A DNA stretch of 25,545 bases from a virus. Lineage: Duplodnaviria; Caudoviricetes. A program made the translations under genes and the position numbers. Of this stretch, positions 17,347-25,240 are shown piece after piece. The stretch covers positions 1 to 25,545 of IMG/VR virus record IMGVR_UViG_3300025103_000140; one strand, written 5' to 3'. Under the pieces are notes generated by a model, which saw only the letters and a program-made list of their open reading frames with translations, did no database searches and was not told where the DNA came from. Numbering within the stretch: position 1 is the stretch's first letter; the number at the start of each line of letters is the position of its first letter.

Positions 17347-18155
17347 TTTATTCTCCTAATAGACCAAGCACCAGTGTTGTTATTCTTATTTACTTGAACT
17401 TGGTTACCTTTATAGGATTTTCCATCGCATAAGTCTATTAATTGTTGTCTAAGTTGTTTTTGTTTGATTGTAGCCTTATCAACATCATCTTTTGCTTTTT
17501 TCCATGCTTTTGCAATATCAAACCATTCTTTGTCATCTCTAACAATAACATCTTTATCTCCAGCTATAGGTTTTTCTTTGAAATATTTAGCCCAACCATT
17601 TAATATTTGTTGTTGGATCTTTTTATCTTGTTTTACTATCCTATGTAAACCAACTTTGTTTTTTCTATCATAAACCCAAAAACTACATTGGTTTTGTTTA
17701 GATAATAACATTTGTTGTTGCATTTGTAAGACATAATGCATAGGAAGTTCCTCGTCTAACTCCATGTTTGCCCATAACGGAGAGCAAGAGCCACTAAATG
17801 GCACTTTTATCTCTAAGATAGAGTTACCCTTGCCTCTTTCCATTCCGTCCAAGGATGCCATTAATGGAAGCCCATTAATTGTATCTGTTATACAACATGG
17901 TTTGTATTTTGTGTTTGTTATGTTTTCAAATAACTTTCTTGCTTCGTCTTCTGTTTCTGAACCAATTCTCATTGCATCTGTTAGCTTAATCTTTATCTCT
18001 CCATTTTTAACTTTCCATAATTGTAATGGTGTTTTTGGAGTCCAAGGAGAAAGTTCTAACACTGCTGCAACTTCTGACGCTGTACCATGTTGGTTTCTAA
18101 CTTCTAACCATTTTTTACTTCCTTGAGGAAGCTGTTTGTCTGTATATATTTTCAT
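17343..18155 (-). CDS. YqaJ / lambda-exonuclease-family recombination exonuclease
   Basis: Motifs QGSKKWLEVR, TASE, G..TEDEAR, ASLDG, LEIK and YVLQMQQQM (PD-(D/E)xK fold). Confidence 0.92.
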   Translation of the reverse strand: MKIYTDKQLPQGSKKWLEVRNQHGTASEVAAVLELSPWTPKTPLQLWKVKNGEIKIKLTDAMRIGSETEDEARKLFENITNTKYKPCCITDTINGLPLMASLDGMERGKGNSILEIKVPFSGSCSPLWANMELDEELPMHYVLQMQQQMLLSKQNQCSFWVYDRKNKVGLHRIVKQDKKIQQQILNGWAKYFKEKPIAGDKDVIVRDDKEWFDIAKAWKKAKDDVDKATIKQKQLRQQLIDLCDGKSYKGNQVQVNKNNNTGAWSIRRIK

Positions 18156-18170
18156 ATTATTCCTTTTATT

Positions 18171-18277
18171 GTTTAGTTTAATTGGCTGTTATGTATGTCG
18201 GAGACAGCCACCCCGCTAAACTGTTCTATTGGTTATGAAAAGGGTAAACATGTAAACCCCAAAGGAGACCAATAGAA
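18171..18277. ncRNA. Candidate structured RNA: two tandem stem-loops sharing a loop motif
   Basis: Stems 18171-76/18216-21, 18183-89/18204-10 and 18224-33/18268-77. On the + strand both loops begin TATG and end GGAG, closed by GT/AC. Confidence 0.5.
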
Positions 18278-18296
18278 AAGGGCATACACTCCCTTT
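18270..18296 (-). terminator. Possible weak terminator/attenuator directly after the helicase stop
   Basis: The minus strand reads AAAGGG-AGTGTATG-CCCTTT-TCTATT: a short stem followed by an interrupted U-tract. Confidence 0.35.
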
Positions 18297-19833
18297 AATC
18301 TGTGTCTCTTTCTTTCTTTTGTAATTCTAACATATTTTTCTCTTTTCCTTTTCTATATCTTATCTGTAAATGCTTTACATACGACTTTGTTGCTTTTGTA
18401 GGCATACTGGCTTTATATGTTTTCTTAGGAGGCCATATTCCGAATCTTTGTTTATATTTATATGATGCCCACGTCTCTTTGTAATCTTTGATCGCAGCCA
18501 TTCCTAATAACTCTTCATAAAATACATCTCTAAAATCATCTCCATATTTCTCTTTAGCATCGGCAATCCTTGTTTTCTTGTTAACTAATCCTAATTGTGA
18601 ATCTATAAAAGATATATAATCTGATTTTGATTCATGCATCTTACCACATGATGGACATATATTTGACCCAGAGTATGTTCTAAAACAACCTTCACAAATA
18701 ATAACAGATTCTTCTTTAGTTGATTGTTTTTTATCGGCTGTCTTTTTAACCATTCCTTTTGTTAAGTCCCACTCATGGTTATCGTCTATAAAACCATTTA
18801 TATAAACTGCACCTGAATGGTCTATAACCATAGCATTTTCTTTGTTTTTGTACGGTCTAAGAACTCTTCCTACCATTTGAATATACAAACCTAGAGATTT
18901 AGTTGGTCTTGCCAATATACAAACTTCAGCAGACGGAGAATCAAACCCCTCTGTTAGAACCATACAATTACATATTACTGTAATCTTTCCTTCTTTAAAA
19001 TCATTTAATATTTGTTCTCTTGTGTCGTTATCAGTTGACCCGTCTAGATGAGCAACTTTAACTCCCATTGATTTGAATGATTCAGTTAGATTTTTGGAAT
19101 GTTTTATTCCAGAAGCAAAAACAATTGTTTGTTTACCTTTGGCTAAATGTTTCCATGTGGTTGCTATATCACCAACTAGTTTTGGTTGGTCCATTCTTTC
19201 TTCTAATACTTTAGAATTGAAATCCCCACCAATAATACCTATTCCTTTTAAGTCGGGAATAGCTGGCGAATAGTATATTACTTTAACCAACGAACCTTGA
19301 CTTGTTAGCTTTTTGATATTTGGAGCACAAACCATATGCTCATATATAGAACCTAAACCATCACCGTTTCCTCTTACGGGAGTAGCTGTTAACCCTATAA
19401 TTATTGAATTTTTGTATTTGTCTATTAGTTTTAAATATGTATTTGATAAAGACCTATGACATTCGTCTATAAATACAATGTCTGCTCTTGGTAGAGACAT
19501 TTTCTTTGAGTTTAAAGCTCTAGCTCTTAAAGTATCTACTGATGCTATTTGAACTTTCTCTAAACTATTAGACTTTATATTAGCCATAATAATCCCATGC
19601 TTTATATCAGAACTTTCTAGTTTTTCTGATGCTTGTTTTATTAACTCTCTTCTATGGGCTAAAAATAATATCTTTAAATTATTCTTTGTAAAATAATTAA
19701 CTAAAGCTGAAGCCATTACAGTCTTTCCTGAACCCGTAGCAGCTTGAAGAATAATTCTTTTTTTACCTTCGTTTTTTGACTTGACTAATTGATTTAATAC
19801 ATCTTTTTGATATTGTCGTAATTCGTAGCTCAT
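18295..19833 (-). CDS. Superfamily 2 DExH helicase (YejH/RadD-like) with C-terminal Zn finger; start revised to 19833
   Basis: Q-motif LRQYQ, Walker A ATGSGKT, DECH, TATP, LTEGFD, QMVGRVLR and CEGC...CPSC. The ATG at 19833 overlaps the TGA of an upstream mini-ORF. Confidence 0.93.
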   Translation of the reverse strand: MSYELRQYQKDVLNQLVKSKNEGKKRIILQAATGSGKTVMASALVNYFTKNNLKILFLAHRRELIKQASEKLESSDIKHGIIMANIKSNSLEKVQIASVDTLRARALNSKKMSLPRADIVFIDECHRSLSNTYLKLIDKYKNSIIIGLTATPVRGNGDGLGSIYEHMVCAPNIKKLTSQGSLVKVIYYSPAIPDLKGIGIIGGDFNSKVLEERMDQPKLVGDIATTWKHLAKGKQTIVFASGIKHSKNLTESFKSMGVKVAHLDGSTDNDTREQILNDFKEGKITVICNCMVLTEGFDSPSAEVCILARPTKSLGLYIQMVGRVLRPYKNKENAMVIDHSGAVYINGFIDDNHEWDLTKGMVKKTADKKQSTKEESVIICEGCFRTYSGSNICPSCGKMHESKSDYISFIDSQLGLVNKKTRIADAKEKYGDDFRDVFYEELLGMAAIKDYKETWASYKYKQRFGIWPPKKTYKASMPTKATKSYVKHLQIRYRKGKEKNMLELQKKERDTD

Positions 19834-19898
19834 TTGAATGTTTTGTATAATGAAACCCCGATAAACAATATAAAATAAACCGTTAAAAATATTTCCAT
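19830..19898 (-). CDS. 22-aa single-helix membrane microprotein / leader ORF (not in ORF track)
   Basis: AAAAGGAGAAAAAC-ATG. Reads MEIFLTVYFILFIGVSLYKTFK. ATGA overlap with the helicase start. Confidence 0.7.
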   Translation of the reverse strand: MEIFLTVYFILFIGVSLYKTFK

Positions 19899-19922
19899 GT
19901 TTTTCTCCTTTTGTGTTTAGAA

Positions 19923-19942
19923 TGCCTGTTAAGGTACAGGCA
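19923..19942. promoter_or_regulatory. Intergenic hairpin downstream of ssb
   Basis: TGCCTGT-TAAGGT-ACAGGCA is a perfect 7-bp stem with no long U-tract, so it is more likely a stability or processing element than a terminator. Confidence 0.45.
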
Positions 19943-19960
19943 AACCATATACTCATTTAT

Positions 19961-20506
19961 TTAAAATGGTATGTCCTCATCGCCAGCATCGGCTGTTACT
20001 TTTTCTAGGCTAACTTTTTCTTGAGGTTTTGTGTCGAATGAAGGTATAAATTCCCCTCCATCTTCATCAAACTCCACTAAGTCTAGAACTTGAACTGCTT
20101 GAAGCTCTAACGATGTATTTTGAACTCCATCTCGTGTCCAATTATGTGCTGAACATTGGACGTTGCATATTGAACCATTACCAATCAATTCATTGAATGG
20201 GTTGCCATATGTGTCTACAACGATAACTGGCTTTTTAGGTTTACCACCTACTCCGAAAGTAGTTGATTTCTTCAATTTTACTTGACGAAGTCCATCCTCT
20301 AAAACCAAATCATGTTCGGCATCCCTCTTGAATTTTGGGAATAGTTTTGTTTCTTTATAGGCATTTGCCTGCTCGTCTGATAAAACGACTTGGATAGTCC
20401 AGTTATCAACACCTACACCTTGGAAGGGAGGCTCTGGATTATCATCACGCAATTTTGCCCATAGGACTTTTACATTCTCGAAAGAATATTTATTTATATT
20501 TGACAT
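19961..20506 (-). CDS. ssb: Single-stranded DNA-binding protein (T7 gp2.5-like)
   Basis: Motifs V.WAKL, KPVIVVD..GNP...IGNGS..NV and LQAVQVLDLVEF, with an acidic tail ending DEDIPF. AAGGAG RBS. Confidence 0.88.
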   Translation of the reverse strand: MSNINKYSFENVKVLWAKLRDDNPEPPFQGVGVDNWTIQVVLSDEQANAYKETKLFPKFKRDAEHDLVLEDGLRQVKLKKSTTFGVGGKPKKPVIVVDTYGNPFNELIGNGSICNVQCSAHNWTRDGVQNTSLELQAVQVLDLVEFDEDGGEFIPSFDTKPQEKVSLEKVTADAGDEDIPF

Positions 20507-20590
20507 TATTGTCTCCTTTTATTGTTATATTAGCTCTATATAGAACTAATTTTATTAATAGCAAGTCTTGTTATTTTCTTGCTTTTCTTT

Positions 20591-20613
20591 TCCCTCTATA
20601 AGGGCAACATAGG
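20591..20613 (-). promoter_or_regulatory. Candidate phage-RNAP promoter
   Basis: The minus strand reads CCTATGTTGCCCTTATA-GAGGGA: TATA followed by a purine-only start, just downstream of the RNAP gene as for T7-type promoters. Only one copy was seen. Confidence 0.45.
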
Positions 20614-20643
20614 ATTTCTTCATATCTACCAAGGCTTGTAGCC

Positions 20644-23079
20644 CTAACAGAAGAAATACTTTGATATCCTTATTTCATTCAAATCCAAAAGACCTGATTC
20701 AGGCATTTGTATTTTGAATTCTTCATCGTTATCTACGAACTGTTCTTTCATATCTTTTATGATGTTACAATCGTACATATCGATAAATACCTCTTTTGTT
20801 GTTTCTAACAATTTATCTACATCATCAGCATGAACTGAAAATGAATCATGTATTGCTCCAAAAGAAGATATTCCTATATCTTTTAAATGATTTATAACTA
20901 GACACATATGACTTGCATCCATAGAATGCACATAATTTGGACTTATGCCCGACATTATTTCATGCAGTGCTGGTTTATCTGTTGTTTCATAATAAACAAG
21001 GTCTATACGGGTTTTGTTAATTCTTACAACTGTTTTTCTTTTCTGTGTCGTCCACTTTTCTGATTTAACTTCAAAACCACTAGGTGTTTTCCATTCAGCT
21101 GATTCATATCCTAGCTTTGTTATTCTATATTTAGTAAGCTCTTGTAAGTAATTTTTAATTGCCACTGGTCCTGAACATAGACTGTTATACGTTCCTACTA
21201 AATCTTTAGCTAATTTGTTTGCTATACTTCTTGTTATTTTGTATTTCTCTGTCATTCCTGCATCATAGCAATCGGTATATATTATGTTAGCTATACATTT
21301 CACACCTGCATCATAAGCTTTAGTCATCGTTCCTCTTTTGCTTATTCCCTTTCGTATTAGTTTCATAGGTATTTTAGAAAGTATTTCACCTAAATCATTT
21401 CCCACGTTCTTATTTATTATTCCTTTAGCAACTATTATATAGAAGTCTATTGGTTTTTCTTGAGGTGTAAGACCCACCATCTTTCCTGCTACTTGGTCTT
21501 TACTCATTGCAGCTAAATGTTGTGTTCCGTTTACTGAACCATCTATTGCTATTGGTATTTGTGTGTAGTAGTCTCCTTCTTCAGCTAAATACTGAACAAC
21601 CTCAAAACATAACGATAAAAATACCCATGGTTTTTCCGCATTTAACCAAATCTCTTTTGTTTTTATTGGATCCATTGCTATTTCTAATAACATATCTAAG
21701 TTGTTCTCTGCCCATTTTATTCTATCTTCCAATGTCATTTTATCTACTGATATGTCGGGTATATTATCTTCTTTTAGTTCTGTTAAATAATCACCTTCTA
21801 TCCAATCTAGTTCTTCTAATTCCTTTATTTTGTATGATTGGTTATAGCTGTTTGCAATATGAATTAACATAAACTTATAGCCCTTATCTGTCATTATCTT
21901 TTTCTCTGCGAACATTAAATGTCCTCTTGCTAAATCAGATGATTGATATGAAAAGTATGGGTCTCTTGCATAAACTCTTCCTCTAAAATCCAAAAAGTTA
22001 GACATATAAAACTTATAACCTAACCATCCTGGAGTTTTTGTGTCTCCATGTATTGTATTTAGAATAAATTCGTCTCTGTTTGATTTTGACCTTAACCGTA
22101 AACACTTCTGTTTTGCTAACCAATACTTGTTTTCTATTTCATAGTCCACTATTGCTTTTTCAAGCTTTCTAGTTTCTTTATCGAAATTGTTTGTATTCGT
22201 TTTAAAGAGTTTTAAATTCTTTTCAATCTTCTTTATTTCTCTCTCTATTGCTTGAACTTTAGCACTGTTTCCTTTATGTGGTTCAAATAAGGTACCATTA
22301 TTAAATAAATCAACATTTTTAAGGTGTTTGTTTTTGTTTTCTCTCTTTATATCGAGAACGCTAAACTCTTCCATTTTGCCATCTTTTGTCTCTAGGCTTA
22401 TGTCGGTATTAGTTAAATGTTTTTGTAGTAATTTGGATATCTGAGCTACGTTAGGATTAACTTCCCACTGAACTTCTTCTAATGAATTTATCGCTTTTAT
22501 AAATTCAGGTGGATTTTGCTTATTTATCTTGATTGAATTTTTAACTAAAATATCTACGCATCCTAAAACCATTCTTTCTCTAGAATTCCATTTTGGATAT
22601 TTCCTTATACTTATACCTGTTCTTTCTTTTATTGGTAGTTTTATATCTTTAAATCTTTTTCCTAGCTCTAAATGGTATGGTTGGAATCTAATGTTTCTTT
22701 TTATGCCATATATTTTAATTGTTTCATATGTTATATATTCTTCTCTGTGTAAAGTAAGATAATCTTTTTTGATAAGTGACTCAATTATTAATGAACCTAA
22801 TTGAGCGTTTTTATGTGTGTTTATATTGGGTATATTTAATGAACGTGATGATATTTCTCCTACTTTAATTAAAGTATTAGTTAACCAAATCATTCCTTTG
22901 TTTTTGCTAAAGGTATATGTTAAATAATTAAATGTTTCTAGAACAATTGTATATGTTCTAAAGTCATCCCTTAAGCATTTCGCATCTCTGAATAATCTTA
23001 CTGCAGTTCTTTTATTGTTTTTAAAATCTGTTACTGTTTGTTCTATATCCCATACTATTTCTTGTACTTTATATTCCAT
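20644..23079 (-). CDS. T7-like single-subunit DNA-dependent RNA polymerase
   Basis: DFRGRVY (D364), QSSDLARGHL.F, AEKPWVFL, motif A IDGSVNGTQH (D513), motif B KRGTMTKAY (K581, Y589), W.TPSGF, PNYVHSMDASH, motif C IHDSF (D745) and C-terminal SKYFFC. Confidence 0.97.
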   Translation of the reverse strand: MEYKVQEIVWDIEQTVTDFKNNKRTAVRLFRDAKCLRDDFRTYTIVLETFNYLTYTFSKNKGMIWLTNTLIKVGEISSRSLNIPNINTHKNAQLGSLIIESLIKKDYLTLHREEYITYETIKIYGIKRNIRFQPYHLELGKRFKDIKLPIKERTGISIRKYPKWNSRERMVLGCVDILVKNSIKINKQNPPEFIKAINSLEEVQWEVNPNVAQISKLLQKHLTNTDISLETKDGKMEEFSVLDIKRENKNKHLKNVDLFNNGTLFEPHKGNSAKVQAIEREIKKIEKNLKLFKTNTNNFDKETRKLEKAIVDYEIENKYWLAKQKCLRLRSKSNRDEFILNTIHGDTKTPGWLGYKFYMSNFLDFRGRVYARDPYFSYQSSDLARGHLMFAEKKIMTDKGYKFMLIHIANSYNQSYKIKELEELDWIEGDYLTELKEDNIPDISVDKMTLEDRIKWAENNLDMLLEIAMDPIKTKEIWLNAEKPWVFLSLCFEVVQYLAEEGDYYTQIPIAIDGSVNGTQHLAAMSKDQVAGKMVGLTPQEKPIDFYIIVAKGIINKNVGNDLGEILSKIPMKLIRKGISKRGTMTKAYDAGVKCIANIIYTDCYDAGMTEKYKITRSIANKLAKDLVGTYNSLCSGPVAIKNYLQELTKYRITKLGYESAEWKTPSGFEVKSEKWTTQKRKTVVRINKTRIDLVYYETTDKPALHEIMSGISPNYVHSMDASHMCLVINHLKDIGISSFGAIHDSFSVHADDVDKLLETTKEVFIDMYDCNIIKDMKEQFVDNDEEFKIQMPESGLLDLNEIRISKYFFC

Positions 23080-23995
23080 AAGCCCCCTTTTTAGTTAGTA
23101 TGTCATTTTGATCGTAACCCATTCTCTCTGGAATAAAAACCCAAGCCTCTATTCCTTTCATTTTTAATCTTTTTGCTAATTTATATCCTGCTGCTTGTCC
23201 TGTATAATTATCATCATTATCGGCATATATCCATACTGACTTTATTTTGGTAGGAGGTATAAAGTTTTCTAGACAATTTGCATTCATTGCTGCGAATGCT
23301 GGTAATCCTGAATCTTTATACGCTGCATATGCTGACTCTATCCCTTCAGCTATACATATTTTATCTTCAAAGTCTGTATGTAATCGAATTGCTGCTCCAG
23401 TAATCGAACCTTTTGGAGGCATTATTTTTCTTGGTGGGTCTATTTTAGCTTTTTTACCATCTTTTGTATATGTTAAATGATAAGATACACCATTTCCTTG
23501 CCAGTCTTGTATAAGCCCAACTAAAACTTCGTACTCTCCTTGGTTCTTCATATCTTTGTAGAAGTTTACTTTTGCTTGTTTTAGACCATCTGGATATTCA
23601 TCAAATCCTCTAGAGTCTAAATATTTTGTGACAGATGTCCAGCCTTCCAAGTTTTGTGCCTTTTTAGCTATTGACCTTAATGCGGGTACTGGGTCAAATT
23701 TAGGATTATCTATTAATGTGTTTTGAGTAATTCCCAATATTCCTTTTATTTGTTTTGCTGCTGTAGCAAATGAAATATCAAAATACTTTTGTACTAAATC
23801 CCATCCATCTCCGTTATTACACCCACTGCAAATATATCTTCCTTCGTTTTGATAGTCTGTAAATCTGTATCTGTCTTTTCCACCACACATTGGACATGGG
23901 CCACCTTTACCTGTTAAGTATTTTTCTGGCATACCTAATTCAGTTAATACTTTGTACCACTTTCCTTTTACTTCATGTGTTACATCAGCTTTCAT
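23069..23995 (-). CDS. Primase: P4-alpha-type Zn ribbon plus TOPRIM domain
   Basis: GPCPMCGGKDRYRF...YICSGC..GDG, then AIRL, IAEGIESA and IYADND. AAGGAGG RBS. Confidence 0.9.
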   Translation of the reverse strand: MKADVTHEVKGKWYKVLTELGMPEKYLTGKGGPCPMCGGKDRYRFTDYQNEGRYICSGCNNGDGWDLVQKYFDISFATAAKQIKGILGITQNTLIDNPKFDPVPALRSIAKKAQNLEGWTSVTKYLDSRGFDEYPDGLKQAKVNFYKDMKNQGEYEVLVGLIQDWQGNGVSYHLTYTKDGKKAKIDPPRKIMPPKGSITGAAIRLHTDFEDKICIAEGIESAYAAYKDSGLPAFAAMNANCLENFIPPTKIKSVWIYADNDDNYTGQAAGYKLAKRLKMKGIEAWVFIPERMGYDQNDILTKKGAYGI

Positions 23996-24004
23996 ATTAC
24001 CTCC

Positions 24005-24634
24005 TTAATGTTTTAGATATGTTATGTTTTTAATTGATTTGTCCCAGCACATTGTACAACCATTACATTTGCCTTCGTTTTCAAATGCTCTACATGTTGC
24101 TTTATTTGTATCTGTTGAAACTGTGGATGTGTATGTGTATGCTGGCGGTTTCCCGTTTACCATTGTTCCACTTAATCTTATTATTAAATTTGATGGTATT
24201 CTTTCTTTGTAGTTTTTAATTATATTTGATTCCTTTGTTGGCAACCAATGTTTTGTTTCAGGTGTTCTTCTTGCTACCTCTATTATCTTTTTTAAATGTT
24301 CTTTATTTTGAATATCTCCACTATCAAAATGACGGAATAGTTTTGTCTTTGTTATCTTTTTCTTATTTTGTATTACATATACCCAAGCATTAACCCAGTT
24401 TTTGTCTCCGATTAATTTTGTTCTTTTGCTTAATGCCTTTTGTACATTTGGGAATCTGTAATTGCCTTTTCTAGCGTAACAATCCTCGCATACAGACCCT
24501 TTTATTTTAGCTAATATAGAACCTGTTTTACAGTCAAAAGCAGATAAATTAGAACTACATGTATCTAGTTTAAGTGGATTTGCAACACCACCTATTATTT
24601 CTTCTGCTGTTTTTAATGTTTCTATTTGTATCAT
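24005..24634 (-). CDS. GP88-family Cys-rich protein (start revised to ATG 24634)
   Basis: C.TGS.L....GSVCEDCYARKG.Y, FRHFDSGD, HWLPTKE, NLIIRLS and C.A....GKCNGCTMCWD...ITYLKH. AAGGAG RBS before MIQIETL. Confidence 0.8.
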   Translation of the reverse strand: MIQIETLKTAEEIIGGVANPLKLDTCSSNLSAFDCKTGSILAKIKGSVCEDCYARKGNYRFPNVQKALSKRTKLIGDKNWVNAWVYVIQNKKKITKTKLFRHFDSGDIQNKEHLKKIIEVARRTPETKHWLPTKESNIIKNYKERIPSNLIIRLSGTMVNGKPPAYTYTSTVSTDTNKATCRAFENEGKCNGCTMCWDKSIKNITYLKH

Positions 24635-24663
24635 TTTATTCTCCTTTTTACAAAAACACACAG

Positions 24664-24704
24664 GAGGCACACTTGAGCTTGCTCTTTAGCTCAAAACGTG
24701 CCTC
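24664..24704. promoter_or_regulatory. Long intergenic stem-loop (RNase III-like processing site or terminator)
   Basis: GAGGCAC/GTGCCTC (24664-70/24698-704) and TTGAGCT/AGCTCAA (24673-79/24688-94), separated by a small internal loop. Confidence 0.6.
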
Positions 24705-24713
24705 ACATATTGT

Positions 24714-25007
24714 TTATATTTTTAGCATTGCCAGTTTAAGCATTGCATCATTTTCTGGTCCATCCCATGATGTTTTATATGATTTCTTAACTTCCCAGCT
24801 GTATTTTGGTTTGGGTTTGTATCTGTTTTGCTTTTTCTCTATTATTGGTTTCAGTTTTGTTTTGTGGGCGAGTTCAGATATTAACACTTTGCCTCTGTTT
24901 AATCTTGATACTATTGTTGAATGATTAACATTTAACTCCTTTGCTAAATCTATTGCATTTACTTTTCTATTGTTTTCTATAGTATATATTTTTCGTTTTC
25001 TAGACAT
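24714..25007 (-). CDS. Small basic helix-turn-helix DNA-binding protein
   Basis: NAIDLAKELNVNHSTIVSRLNRG fits an HTH. Lys/Arg-rich. Confidence 0.7.
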   Translation of the reverse strand: MSRKRKIYTIENNRKVNAIDLAKELNVNHSTIVSRLNRGKVLISELAHKTKLKPIIEKKQNRYKPKPKYSWEVKKSYKTSWDGPENDAMLKLAMLKI

Positions 25008-25011
25008 TTTG

Positions 25012-25236
25012 TTATCCTTTTTCTAATAAATATTTACTTTCATCTAATAAAACATTACCCACTCTTTCCCAACAATATTCACTTTCTTCAACTTTGGCTA
25101 TGATATCACTCCATACTTCATTAGAAATACTTTGTTCTAGCCATTCTTCAACTAAACCTTTTTCCCACCATGCTATAAGTATTTCTTCTTCTGGGTCAAA
25201 TTTTTCCATTACTTTTATTAATGTTTTTATATTCAT
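25012..25236 (-). CDS. Hypothetical acidic protein
   Basis: 74 aa, co-oriented, with 4-nt gaps to both neighbours. Confidence 0.65.
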   Translation of the reverse strand: MNIKTLIKVMEKFDPEEEILIAWWEKGLVEEWLEQSISNEVWSDIIAKVEESEYCWERVGNVLLDESKYLLEKG

Positions 25237-25240
25237 AATC

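Noticed and set aside
18171-18296. tRNA or CRISPR mini-array interpretation of the structured gap
   Set aside because: No cloverleaf, T-loop or CCA, and no repeat-spacer periodicity. No tRNA, CRISPR array, integrase, reverse transcriptase or DGR repeat pair was recognised anywhere in the window.
19834-19956. 41-aa N-terminal extension of the helicase in the ORF track
   Set aside because: The extension crosses a hairpin and an RBS-led mini-ORF. The helicase Q-motif begins right after the ATG at 19833.
24635-24670. GTG start at 24670 for the GP88-like gene
   Set aside because: It lies inside the intergenic stem. The ATG at 24634 has a canonical AAGGAG RBS.
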